This document shows positions 1 through 13,600 of a stretch of 64,000 nt of DNA, in pieces. How positions within the stretch are numbered: the stretch's first letter is position 1; each line of letters opens with the position of its first letter. The translations under genes and the position numbers were made by a program. This DNA is from Azolla caroliniana. Taxonomy: Eukaryota > Plantae > Polypodiophyta. Under the pieces are notes generated by a model, which ran no database searches, had not been told where the DNA came from, and saw only the letters and a list, made by a program, of their open reading frames with translations. The stretch spans positions 19,344,001 to 19,408,000 of the forward strand of contig JBHGNT010000013.1 in the NCBI GenBank assembly GCA_043228905.1, given 5' to 3'.

Positions 1-914
1 TTCTATGCAAAGGACATTTGAATTACAATGGTTCCTATGGTTGGGGGTATTTTGGTCCTCAAGTACTACGTGACTAAAATACCCCTTAAAGCTAACCACC
101 ATTAACATGTGCCTAAAATGAAAACACAGCAATCTAGCCTTTTGGGCCATTTAGCTGTTAAATGTACTATCAACTAAAATTGATCGAACCAAAGCTATGA
201 TTTGATGCCATCCTAGCAGCACACAGCCTAATGTAAAATATTGGGATCCAGCTTACAAAAGGGAGATATGTAAAACAGAAAACAAAAAATGATACGGATA
301 AAGTATCTAGAGTTGGAGAACATGTTAGAAGCACTTTCTACAAAAGCGTATTGGTGACTATCAAATTAGCCAACGTTTTCATACCATGTTACAATTGACA
401 ATAGAATACTGTGGTACACTTTTATACCATGTTAGAATATAAGAATGGAGTTCGCAAAATGGTTTCAACAATGTTCTTCCCTGATTTCAACAGTTCTTTT
501 TTTGCTACCTCTGCTCGAATCTTTGTTCTTTTGCAAACGGATTTGAGTACACATCTATACGAATGCAGCACATATTGATTTCATTTTGATCTCCAGTTTC
601 TCCAGAACATGCAGGTATTATCTCACATTTTCACATCATGTTTGGAGCTTCTTCAAATCAGAAAGAATTTGCTACAGCAATAAAAAAATGGATGAATTGA
701 TGATCAGCGATTGAGTAGAGCATTCCTACCATGCACTAAGTGGGTTGTTACGTAAGACCATCAGAAACCCCCACAATGCATCCAAAAAGAACGCTCAATG
801 GCCTCTGATACGCTGAGACTGATCAGACATTGGACTTTTTCATCATTTGACTCAATCACTAACACAGTGACCATGGACATCGATGGCATACATGATTAAC
901 ACTTACTAACTGAT

Positions 915-1601
915 TCAATCACTTAGAGAGAGGAACATGGCTACTCCCCTCCTCACCCAATGGTCAGGGGGCATGTCTGTGGGCATTTCCACATTAGTAA
1001 CGAAATTGGAAGAATGTCCAGTTGTAGCCAAAACACCTCGTCTTTCAGTCGTTCGGTACAATGGGCACACATAGCAATGTGAAACCTTTTTTTTGCTCAT
1101 CTCCACTGGTTTCAACCATATCATTGGAGCAGCTGAAAACAAGACTTTGGGCTCAGACTCAGCAAGCATCATTCGTTTATCATCCCAACGAGCTCCTTCT
1201 ACAAACATACCATACACATATACTCCATCTTCAGGGATTTGATCATAAGATCCTTCCTTTGGCATGCAGACAAACTCATAGGTGACTGTATCAATTGGGA
1301 TCTTGTATTTCCGTGCGTAGTTTTGCAACACGGCTGTAAGAAAAGCATGTGTAAAGAAAAAGCCACTTATCCAGAACTTAGGTGGGGGGCCTTTTTCCAT
1401 CCATGTAGAGAACATGTTCAAATGCTGGATTAGATCGACGACATAGCTACTCAATGGCTTCAGAGATGGGAATGACTTAGCAGCCCACATGGTTGGAACC
1501 TTGCCGTTATAAATGCTGTTAGCTACATTTTCAATCTCGGCTGACATGACAACCAGCCCTTTCAATGTCTTCTGGAGAACTTGAAGACTTGACCGGATGA
1601 C
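915..1601 (-). CDS. Dynein heavy chain, last exon (C-terminal domain)
   Basis: [43 protein letters not shown]; acceptor tgcag at 1602-1606 on the minus strand; TGA at 915-917. Confidence 0.95.
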   Translation of the reverse strand, partial: VIRSSLQVLQKTLKGLVVMSAEIENVANSIYNGKVPTMWAAKSFPSLKPLSSYVVDLIQHLNMFSTWMEKGPPPKFWISGFFFTHAFLTAVLQNYARKYKIPIDTVTYEFVCMPKEGSYDQIPEDGVYVYGMFVEGARWDDKRMMLAESEPKVLFSAAPMIWLKPVEMSKKKVSHCYVCPLYRTTERRGVLATTGHSSNFVTNVEMPTDMPPDHWVRRGVAMFLSLSD

Positions 1602-4600
1602 CTGCAATGTAACATCCAGTATTTTCACCATTTTACTTGATGCATGCTTGAAGTTTTGGAAATCATTTGAGCCCCTTTATTCATAAATATATTCTGTGTG
1701 AGAGTATCATAGTTATTTACCTCGGTTAAATTGTTGTATCTTGTCATTTCCTGGTGAAGCACCGAGTTCATGCTTTCCATATATTGTACAGGGTATCGAT
1801 ATTGGGCAAGTTCAATGTCAAATGGTGCTGGAAGCCTGTTTAGCATATCCTGCACAATGTCTAAAATCACATCCTCCCGGCTACGGCCACCTGTTTTGGC
1901 CGCATTACTCTGTAAAACAACAATAGTAGGCAAACTGAGCTAACTAGTTCAAGAGAAATCTACTGTTAATTCAATTGCAAAACTTTTCTCTAAGTTCTAG
2001 GAGATTTCCATCCATGGATAGATAGCTTTGTATTTGTCCTCGAAGGTCAAATATGACCTACGGAACCATAATGAAACACCTTTTAAAACATTCTCACATA
2101 GTATGTGTAGAGTTGAGTGGTGAATCTTGATGATTAAGAATTCTAATAATAAGCATAGCAACTGAGAGTGCACATTGTGACTAAGAAAGATATAGAAAGA
2201 AATATATATTAACGTCTTTTAAGAGGCCAAAATGGCCTATAAGAACAAACAAGAGATTACATCTTAAGTGTTGTCTCGTCTTTGAGAACAACAAATCAAA
2301 ATAAAATAAATATTACTCTGTAAATATAAAAGTAAATAAGATAAAAAGAGACGAGGGAATCTGGTTTTCGGCACATGTGAGATTCTAAAGTTAGATATAT
2401 TGTAGCTTCTGTCTTCGAAAGATCTCTAACATAGTCGATCCGGAATAAGAGAAATAAGTTTAGTGAATGGACAGACTTAACACTGGAAAGCAAACTTGAA
2501 CGTGGTCAACAGCAGAGCATTATATCCAAGTGTGATACTCAATACCCAAGAACTTGTTCAGGGAAAACAGTGCAAAGCCCACAAGTCTCCTTGGCTGTGC
2601 TTCAAAGTCTTGTCTCACATCAAAGAGAACCTGATCTATGTCATATGGAAGCAATGGCGCAGATGGAGGACAAAGGGATAGATATAAAAAATTTGTACAT
2701 TGTGCCAATCATCACATGCTTGCTATGTCAAACTCTCATCACTAATCTAACGTATCACTAAAAACGCATGTTGTAATCTAATACCTGTGTTGCAAGGATG
2801 GAAGAAAGGAACAAGTCTGTTTCCTGCTGATCTTTTGTAATATTTGCATTTTCATGTAACCCGAAGACCTGAGGTGTAGCAAGCAATGGGAATTGTCTGA
2901 TATGATCGGTGAAGTCCTCATATGAACCATCTGAAGGAGGAGAGTAAATATCCGAAGATGAAAATTTGTAGCCCTCCTCCAATATTTTTGGACTGTAGAT
3001 AAGGGACAGCAAACACATTAACGTTCTTCGATCATGAGCATCAGTGACACGACCACCATAATTGCATTCACCAGTCAAATAGAGCAATGCCTGCAAATAC
3101 AATATTTAATAGATTTAGATTTTATGACGCGCAAAACAATAAATAGTGGATCAATGATATACAGATATAAATGTTTTACCTTGAAAGGAATGCTTTCAGG
3201 AAACTCTAGCAGGAATGAATGAAGTTGTCGCATGCTGATCTTGAGGTCCGAGTCATTGAATTGATATGGAATGTTCCAACCAAGAGGGCCGAATTTTACC
3301 CTCTCTTGAACAGATGCATGGAAGAAGCAAAGCCCGAAAAGCATCCTCCTCCAAACTGGTCCTTTTTCACCAGGCATCTCGAAGAATTTTGGGTCAGTGA
3401 TAGGATCACTCTGATAATTCTGCAGCAGATGCAAAATACTAAAAGCTTAATGTGTATGCACGAAAACTTTATGATGGCTAAAACTTGTGCTAGTTCTTGT
3501 GAAGAATTATGGGTTTAAACTTCACCTGTAGCATGTTTGAACGCAATCCCTTTGGAGATTCATTTGTCATCTTAATGCTGCTTTGCAGGATTGTCACAGG
3601 GAAACTTTCTGATGGGTAGCTTGTCAGCCACATCCGAAAGGATGCATTCATGTTTTCTGAACCAAGATTTTCAGCAATTCTTTCAAGTTGTGGCATCCAT
3701 GATGCTGCAAGATGGCAGTTTTGTAGAACGACCCAATCACCTGTTTGCATGCCACTCTGTATCAATGCTGTTGCTTTTGGACCTTGGCCTTGACCCAAGG
3801 AAATACTCTGGACCTGAATTTTTATATGGAAAGAAAGAGATGGCTTAATCAAGATTTAGCTTGTTACTTACAGTTTAATTACCAAACAAAATCAAAACAT
3901 TAGCTGTCCAGAGGTTGCATGTAATCAGTCTAATTCTATGGTATGCATCTGAACCCTATTTATACAGAAGCTCTGACTGGTACACTAAAAATTATTCATA
4001 CGGAACGCAGCCTCCATGATACGCTCATATATAATTAGTCAATTTATTATTAAACTTCAATATAATTAGATATTTATTTACTTGGTTTTATTTGTAAATT
4101 TTTGAGTGCCATAAATTCTCTATTGCATATTTAAGAATCTTTTCGATTATACTAGAACACAATTTACAGAGGCCATCATATTCATTGAGTATATATTTGT
4201 AAATGTCTTGTACAATATGGTATGTAATTAGGTATGCAACTTTACCTGCTGTTTTAAGCCTTCAGCAAATTTTAAGAGTGCTGCCATAGGATCTGATCCA
4301 GGAGAAAGTATAAAAACCAAGGGGGTTGTCGGAGTAGAGTCATAATAAACTTTTGACAAGTCAAAAGTTGGTGGTTCAATATAACGCTGTCCCATAATTT
4401 CATGGACAAAGCTATTCACACACATTACTAGTATATCTGGCCGTATTGTGCGAATGATGAGAAGCTTCTGAAAACTTGTCAACCTGGAACCCCAATCATC
4501 CGGCATGGCTTCCTTGAATGGTTGAGAACTGTCATAAATATGCTTCCATTTGCTTGGATTTGCAGCAACAGCCTTGCTGAATCCCTGCCATTTGATCATT

Positions 4601-7600
4601 CAGCTTTTAACAAACATGAAGACTTGCATTTATAATCCATTCAGCAATTTCCTCTCTTAGTAAAAATACGAAATGCATGAACAATGTGCACATTCAGTTT
4701 CCAGCTCTTCGTAGAAATACAAATTTTCATTTATGATGCATATGTTATAGATGCATCTCTATTCTATACATTCATTTGTCTTTATGCCATCTTCGTATTT
4801 GCACCAATTCTGGATATGGCGCTCTCTCAGACTCCATGACAGGAATGAATTCTTTTAGGCAGGTAACGATATAATTAGTAATTTCACAGTATATAATCCT
4901 AAATATAAATCTGTTGATTCTGCATTGAATCTATCAGCCTGATTTATGGTACTCATCTACTTTTAAATTGATCTTTCTGTGTACACAAGCAATGCATCAA
5001 CTATTTTAGGTGTTCCAGTTACTCACTGATATATCTACTCACATGATATGCCTCCATTTTCGACAATTGGACCATTTCAGTCCAGAGCTTTTCAGATAGC
5101 CATGGGGCTGGAGGTTTGGATTTTTCTCTCTCAAGAGTCACTGCACCAGCTATGAGAAACCGAAGCTCCTCTTCAGATACCTTCCCTTGTCTTGATAAGA
5201 CATTAACACATATCAAAAAAGAGAGGAGTAACTTGTCCTTTATAAATAAACTCCTTGATATATTGCAGAAAAGGGAGTAAGTGAAGTAATCATTGAGTAT
5301 TTCAATTCTTTGCAATAAGACATCTGCCTTTTCAGAACTTCTGATTGAAGACTGGAAGAGATTAAGATACCTGCAAAGAGAACATTCTTCGGAATCATAT
5401 CAGGAAATTATTCATAATCACTAATTCAAGGACTTTGATCTCATTTTTCAATTACAATTTAGTCTAAGTAGTACCCATAAAGAAAACTATGTGCAGTAAA
5501 TCTTGCAACCAGAGTTATCTAGGTATTTTCCAAATCTAAGCTCTACCTAAAGACAGAGAAGAAACAAAAGCAGTTTTGAGTTTTTAAAATGTGCTGTCAA
5601 AGCCTCAGGTCCACATTATCTCTGCCTGTAATAAAAGATGTGGAAGCTACTCCACATGTTTACACATCATTCATAAACAGAGATTCTAATTCCTCAGCCC
5701 ATCTTAAAGATATTTATCAGGTTAAAGTTTAGTCAATCTAATCTCATAACATTAACTGGTGTTCTGGGCAATTTTACTACTTTACTTACATTCATTTTCA
5801 GACGCAATCTCTTGTTTGGTATCCTTTTTGAGATGTTAATATACGTTTCCTTTGGCCTTTTGAAGTCATAAATATAACGTCATTTTTTTGTAACAGGTAA
5901 TAGTATTAATTACTACATCAAGTACAAAAGTCAGAAATCAACTATATGTCTAACAAAGAAACTAAAGAGACAGCTGCATACTAAGGATTTCATTTCATTC
6001 TCTCATTTTCTCTTTTCCATTCTTGCCTCCCTCTTCCTCCTTCCCAGAGATGAACCTCTATGCATGTGTTCAACCTACGTCATCAAATACGTAAACAAGG
6101 AAATGCTTCCGTTTTTTTGGTTGTACAGATAAGGACACACTGATTGTAACATCTGATCTTGTGCTCAACATATGATGGGTAAACCCATTGTAGACGTTGT
6201 CCAAAAATCAACTTACCATATGTTTTTAGGGGTGCAAACTAAATAAATATAAGAATTTCTTGACTCACCAAGAAAGAGAGTACTGGTACATAGGGTCAAT
6301 TGAACAAAGGGTGGATATTGTAAAAAAGAGTGAAGCAACATGTGTAGCAACAGGTAAATATCCTTGCCGGGCTTCATCAATTTTCGCTTCAGTTTTCTCC
6401 GCAACCTTTTGCTTTTCTGCAATATCAATGGACAAAGCCTTGGAGCTAGATATTATGTTAATGGCAGTTTCATTCTCCAGAATGTTCCCCTCAGAGCTTG
6501 ATAATACCTGGAAATATCGTACATTTTTTAGTAACATTTTTTATACATTATCTATGAACCCACACATAATCAAGTGAAATTTTGATGAAACAAGTAAAAG
6601 CATGATTGAAATTACCTTAATAATGCGATCCTCTATGTCACTAAGCTGCCTCTGATTTTCAGCACTCTGGAGAACTAATTGAGTTTTCTCCTCTTCTAAA
6701 TCTGGACGCTCATTTTTTACTGCCATTCCAAGTATTTGGTCCTGAAGCCCCTCAGGTGTAATCATAAAATTCAACAGTGCAACTTTGACTGCAATCTGAA
6801 AGTAATGGAGAAACGTTTTGAATTTGGAAACTTTTAAAATATCCCAAAAAAGTTTCGTTTCTTTTAGTTGAGAAAAAAAGCAGTTTAGATATTTTGAGGA
6901 AAAGAAACTCTAGTATAGTTCTTGGATCAATTGATCAGTGGATAGAAATAGAAATAGAAAGCATTAAAAGTGGATAAGATGTATTGATAATGCTCCGTAT
7001 GCTCCATGTATCTATGATTGAACACGTTTTTATTCATTGATTGCTTAAAGAGGCCTAAAAGTTTTATTATAGTGGAGTGGGTATCAGACACTAGAGGCTT
7101 CCACCATCCATCCTAGAGGATGTATCTGTATTTCGATCAGATGTAACAGTTTCTTGCACACCATGAACATCTCTTGCCGAGGTTTCGGAACCCATATGCA
7201 AATCTAAGATTCCCTGTAAAAAGCAATTGCCTTGTTGAGCTGCAGCAGTAGTTCATTTGTCTTGCATGCTGACCATAGTACATCAACAGATTCTGAACTT
7301 GCCATGTTAAAAGACTTAATAATATCTTCCTTTAAACATGAAGAGGTATAAGTTGAACTCAAGTTAAAAGGACTCTTAAGAGGATGGATAATTTGGAAGA
7401 GCTTTTAAGATAAAACTTGGTGTATTTCTCCAGAACATATATTAATATTTAAATGAGACATAACTGTTTACCTCTGGCATGTAATGAGGGTTCCTCAATT
7501 TTGTTGTGATGTAGAACCGAAAATTCTCACTGTACTCTAAGGTGGAATCACCTAATCGAATTTGAAGAGACCCAGCTTGCTTGAAAACAGACTTTAATAA

Positions 7601-10600
7601 CACTGGCTCCAATGTTGGATCAAGCTCTTCTCCAACATTCTCTAGCAACAAAGGATATCCAAAAGTAATGCAGTTTTCTAGCTTTCTAACAAAATCTGCA
7701 TCAGACAGCTTCATAACTTGCAGATTTTTTGCTTTTTCTTTCATCTGAGGTAATGAAAAAGGTTTTCATAAGAGATGCAAGATGTCTATGCTATTTAAAC
7801 CTATTAACACTCATGTTTATGACAATAATCATGTAACCACAATTATATGGAAATATACCTTAATCCATTTGTTTGCTTGACCCTGTGGATCAATAAGAAG
7901 AGGCCACCGTCTAGCAGCACTTATTATAATACCATTGTCAATAGAGAACGAATCATTTGGTAGTCCATCTATTACCCAGTCTCGTATTGCCACTGGATTT
8001 CCAAGTACTGTAGCTAGCTTGAAGTTATTTGAGCATGGTATGTTCTTGGCTTTACATACTTGTATCCACTCATTCATGACCTTCTCACGATAAGGTAAAG
8101 TAACAGGACCCAGATATGCAATATAACCAGAGGACAGAAGAACATCTCCTATCAAGTTACGATACACCTTGCCAAGCTCTTCCCCAACATTAGTCCATCT
8201 CACTTTTTCTCCTCCAAGTCCCCCAATTAATTTTTCAGCTCTGTTGAGTTTCTGCATGTGTGATAGACCTCACTGTTAGATAGTAAACCAGAGATTTTGC
8301 ACATTGCAAAACTCGTCAGATTTCAATATGTGTGTTTTCATTGACTAAATTCGGAGAGAAAGTATATTTTGTTGTATGTGCTAACTAACTAAAAAAGTAT
8401 TCATACATATATATTACTACGTACTCTCGTAATTTCTATGTACTCTAATATATTATGTACTAGAGTACATAGAAATTACGAGAGTACTTTGTCATATACA
8501 GCTTATCAGGTGAAGCACACACATCTTCTATGTGGTAGGAATGGTCTGATTAAGTGTGAGACAGAATAGTTGCATGGCCTGGAGACTAATCCTTCATGAC
8601 CAACAGAGGAATAAAGAAAGCACAACCGTATTATCATTGAATGAAATTATATCCAGAATCAAAAAATGTCAGCTTCCTAGCTATTACAGCATGCATTGCA
8701 CATTCTATTCAACAGAAAGTGCTAATCAATGCTTAAGATGTTTTTTAATGAGATGCTACAGCACAATCTCAATGAGGCTTCTATGTTGGAATATGCCTCG
8801 TGATGAATGATCTTATGTATCATATGCCATACTGAATGAATTGAGTAACATTTTCATTAACTATATATTTTGTAATCTACTTTCATCCTCCTTTCCACTC
8901 ATGTCATATTTTTCTGATGCTCAATTCTTGGTGAATTGTGCACAATGTGAAGCGTCTTTTCTCTTTGAAACATTGCTTTGTATTAATTGTACAAAAACCA
9001 TGAGGATTGCCATGTGCCCCAGATCTGAGAATAGGATAAAAGCAATTTATGCAGCTGCTATATATTCAGTATCTTCATCAGGAAACTGAGAAGATACATG
9101 AGTTATACACTAGTTTTATGGAGTGTACTACCAAGAAAAATGACCTAGACACCAGTCAGAGAGAAGGCCAGAGTGGCCCGTGAAGGAGATAGTACGAAAT
9201 TTTATGATATTGATTTTATAAATCAGAATTAAGTAGATGCATGTTTGAAGTGAATGTTACAATCCCGTGCCTTTTGACAATTCTGGACGTCTTGCTCAAG
9301 TGCAGATTTCTTTTGTTCCATAGTATCTAGTTCCTCCTGTAGTTTTTGTAGTTTATCTTCAACTTCCTTTAGCATCTCTTTCTTTTTTGATAGTGCTGCC
9401 TGGAGAGCCTCAAATTCAGACGTTGCTGCCTCTAGTTTAGCTTTTTTTGGTGCAACTACCTGCAATGCACAATGTATATTTAAAGAGCGGAACAGTCTGA
9501 ATTTGCTTCATTTATGGCAATCGCAAATATCTAAACCTGAGCAACTTTATCATAGCTTTCCATAGCACGAATCCAGCAACAGAGTCCAAAAGCTGCTTTG
9601 GATGCCTTCTTTACAACTTCTGGAACAAAATTATCTTTCCCAAGGTACGGACGCACTTTCTCAATGATGTCTGAGGGGATGTGGTCTTTATCATAGTCTT
9701 TTAACGACTGGAGAAAATTGGTGTCTGTCAACATTTGTTGGGCAGGTCCCCAATAATCATCAAATTTTTTACCTGGGTTATTTGGGTCAGGAATTCTCCT
9801 AGATTTTACCTGAAGTATAAAATAAACTTCTGTTAGCCCGAAGTAGAATAAACATTTATTTTCCTCTATGATCAGCAATACATTTACGTACCCCTTTCAT
9901 AATACAACATGCCTCCATAACCAGCTTTACTGGAGCTGGTGGATTTTTCATAGCTTTAACTTCTGTGATATCTGATTTTGTAAGAGTATCTAGTGCTGAG
10001 AGGGCAGCCTCCAACATTGGCATTGCCTGCAGAAAAATAAGTTATATCATTAATTGCAAATGGCAGCCTCCATTTCCTACTGTCACACTGCTTTTGAATG
10101 GCATCATGCCCTCTAATGCAATACATAGCCACTGAAAAAAAAACAATGAAGCCTCTTTCTCAAACACCAGACTTTGGCTAACCAACGTAGAAAAACCCAA
10201 GAAACTTCAGTAAAAAACTTAAAGAAGATTTAATGACAGAAGATAATAGCCCAATCATTCCACTGCAATTCTTTATGGTGTGCAGATTTGGGAACCTAGT
10301 TTCAACCATCATTGCAAATCTGGAGGCAGATTTTCATGAGTGGAGATTGATCGAGAGACCTTTTCTATCCATTATCTCTAGAATGATTCAGGCTAAAACA
10401 TATTTTGCTGAGGAGATTATCGGATCGGAGAAGGCTGCACCACCAATTATTCTAGTAGTCTTTAGTTCGGTCTATGTACTTTCTTCATACTACATATCCT
10501 CACATAGATATGCCAGGTTACCACTTTAATCGTCTAGACAGTTGGTGAATGAGGGTGATACAGTGTTGGCTTTCAGCACTCCTTGGCTGCACCATTTCTC

Positions 10601-13600
10601 ACACTGATTCCCTCAGAGATAAGAAAAGTCATCAGGCAAGATCTCATTCAGCTAGAGAATCAAGGGACATGGATCAAATCTGCAGGACTTAGGTAAAAAG
10701 AGGGCTTTTTGTGGAGGCCATCTTCTCCACATCACTGACCGTTAATATGCATCTGTCTCATGAGTTGAGATGCACCATTGGACAGATACACACCTCACCA
10801 CATCAATTGGAGATAGAGATATGTAGGTATAAGGCTGCATCTCCTCAGTATAGGATATGGAAACTGTGGCCCACCAAGCCAGAGTTTAAAGACCACTGCC
10901 TCTTTAAATATTGGCAGATTTAGATAGTCTCTTGAAAGGGCTAGCTAAGCCTAGACATAGGCCAAATGTCAGACTCTCTTGAAGTCCGTGTCAAATGTAC
11001 CTTATATAGAAATGCAATGAAATGAAGTATTGCTCATTATAAGCACTAGTTCATCATAGAAAAGAAGAAATATATATTAACCTTCTTTTTAAGAGATTAC
11101 ATCTTAAAATGTTGCCTCATCCTGGAGAACAAACCAAAATAACTATAACTAAATACAGCTAAGCACTGACGATTCTTAACTTCCAAATGCCAATGTGCCT
11201 ATGATATCAGAATTTACATCCATGTGAAATGCTAAAGAATTATGCCTAAGCTAGGTCGCTGAGCAGTGTAAAGATTATTTGTACTTTTACCCATGGTATC
11301 TAATACATTTATTATTTGTCCCTCCTATATGATTCATTGTATGATTGGTTAAGAGACCTCTTCACATCAGTTGGAATTGAGAGTCTGCACCATAGAGCTC
11401 AGGATAACTACACAGCAGGTAAATGTACAGGAATTGCAATGGTTCTGAATATGCAATGAAACTCAGATAATTGTTCATGTCTTGCTTAATAAGCTCATTA
11501 AGCAGACTAGTTCATCCAATTGAGGTTTTTATTTTATGCCAAATACAAGAGGTTCAATTTGTTCATACTGCCAGAAACTTTTAAAACTCTTAAAAAATTC
11601 ACTAGGTATAGTTAGGCATATTATTTTGATTATGACAACGTACCACAGCAAGCTCAGATTCACAATCTTCCTTTATAAATGCTGCTTCTTTTGCTTTGAC
11701 ATTTGCTATAGCTTCTTCCTCCTCAACAATCCCACGTGTCTTCTCAGCCTCTTTCCTATCCCTTGCTATTGTTTTTAAAAGAGTATCTGTTTCTTCTGCT
11801 GTCTTTATCAGAACAGGCTGAAGAGCTTCAAGCTCCTTTTTCATTACATTGACTTGTCCCTCAGCATCAAAAAGCTTCTCTAAGCCAACTGCATATCTCT
11901 TTCTGAGTGTTTCAATCTCCAACCTTTTTTGGCCAAGAAGGTTCTTGTAAGTGCTTAGAAGCTCCAAGTATGACGTTGGCGTGACATAAAAGTGCCGTTG
12001 TTGCTCTTCATAAAAGGTAATTGTAAGGTTCCTTGCACATTGGTGGAATAGCATACACATGTCCCTTATGGCTGGGAGTATATCCGTATCCTCCATTGGA
12101 ATCTGCAATAGAGTAGACTTCTTGTTGCTTGGAGTCGACCTCAAAAGAACTTTTATTTAAGAAATGAACAATATAGTTACTGAGATTTAAGCACATGTTT
12201 TTTAACCCTAAAATAGGGGTTGCATAAGATGAATACGCAGAGGGGTTCTCAAAACTGAGACAAGTCCAAAGGGAGATCAATGTTTAGAGGAAAACTCACG
12301 TGCTTCAATTGTGTTACTAGTTTTCATAATGGCAACACAATTGAATGTACATAAGCTACACAAATGGGTTTGCAATAGGTTGGGTAATTGCATTTTAGAA
12401 TATCAATGTAGACCCTGGCCTTATAGACCACGATCTCACCACTCTCGTCATCAACAGATAAAGGCCATTATCTCCCACCGACGCAGGTGCTTCCCTTGCT
12501 TCAGAAATGTCTCCATTCTGGATTGACCTATGCTAGAGATCTTTTGAAGAAAAAATTACAATATATCTGACCTTGGCATCTTACATGTACCAATAATAAG
12601 ATTCCTTGGTCAATTTTTATCTTATCTATTTTTTTTTAGTAGCAATTATTTTGGTTTATTCTCAAAGACGAGAAGACACATAAAATGTAATCTCTTGTTT
12701 GGTCTTACAGGCCATTTTGGTCTCTTAAGATATGTTCATATATCTTTCTTTCTTTCTTACAGAAATAGAACCCGTCTTCTTTCAAGAAGTTTGTACTACA
12801 TTACATTTATTTCCCATGAAATACTCTGTATTTGGGAACCATCAATAGGTCTCCTGATTGATGTGTTAGAAAGAAGAGACGTGCCTCTCCATATAAACAG
12901 GTAGATGAGATTCTGTTTATTAAATGAGCATGGGAATCACCTGCTGATGTGAGGGAAGTTGCATAACTTTCGAGATAAGGTGGGGGTAGTTTACTCTCTT
13001 GGTAATGAGAATACATACTGGAGTTTAATAGGAGGTCTGATGGATTATAACTCAGGTGTAGGCTCATTGCATAGATGATGCTACAGTTGCGCCAAGTAGA
13101 GATATGTTATGGAACACATAACGACAGATCAATGTCCCAAATTGAAACGTTAACATTCTCATTCGAGAGTGTAATTCTCACAGAAGCAAAGGAAATGGTG
13201 AGTTTTACTAGCATTTTATAGTAGCATATTGTACAACAATTGTGGTTCCAATGTTTTACAAGAAAACAAAAAATTTGCAGAGATTCTTACAGAAGAAAGA
13301 AACTTGTTTCCAACTGAATATAGAGCATCCTCAGGCCACTCCGTAAACCAATCAATGGTGCAGCAGTTAACAAGTGAGGGAAACATGCGAAGCCTTGTCC
13401 GGAACGCAGACCCAAATGGACTCATACAGATAACCATGTGTAAGTTCTTTCGGCATTGATCAACAAAATACATGTATATCTCTGCTGCATTGCTGTCTTT
13501 GCCTGCCTTCTTGGCCTTTGCTCTTACCATGTCTTGCAATGTTACGATCTCATCTTTTGCAAATAAATTTGGAACCTACAGGCAAAATGTTCAAGAGCCG

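Noticed and set aside
420-700. Coding-like minus-strand stretch downstream of the dynein stop
   Set aside because: No sustained ORF or recognisable domain
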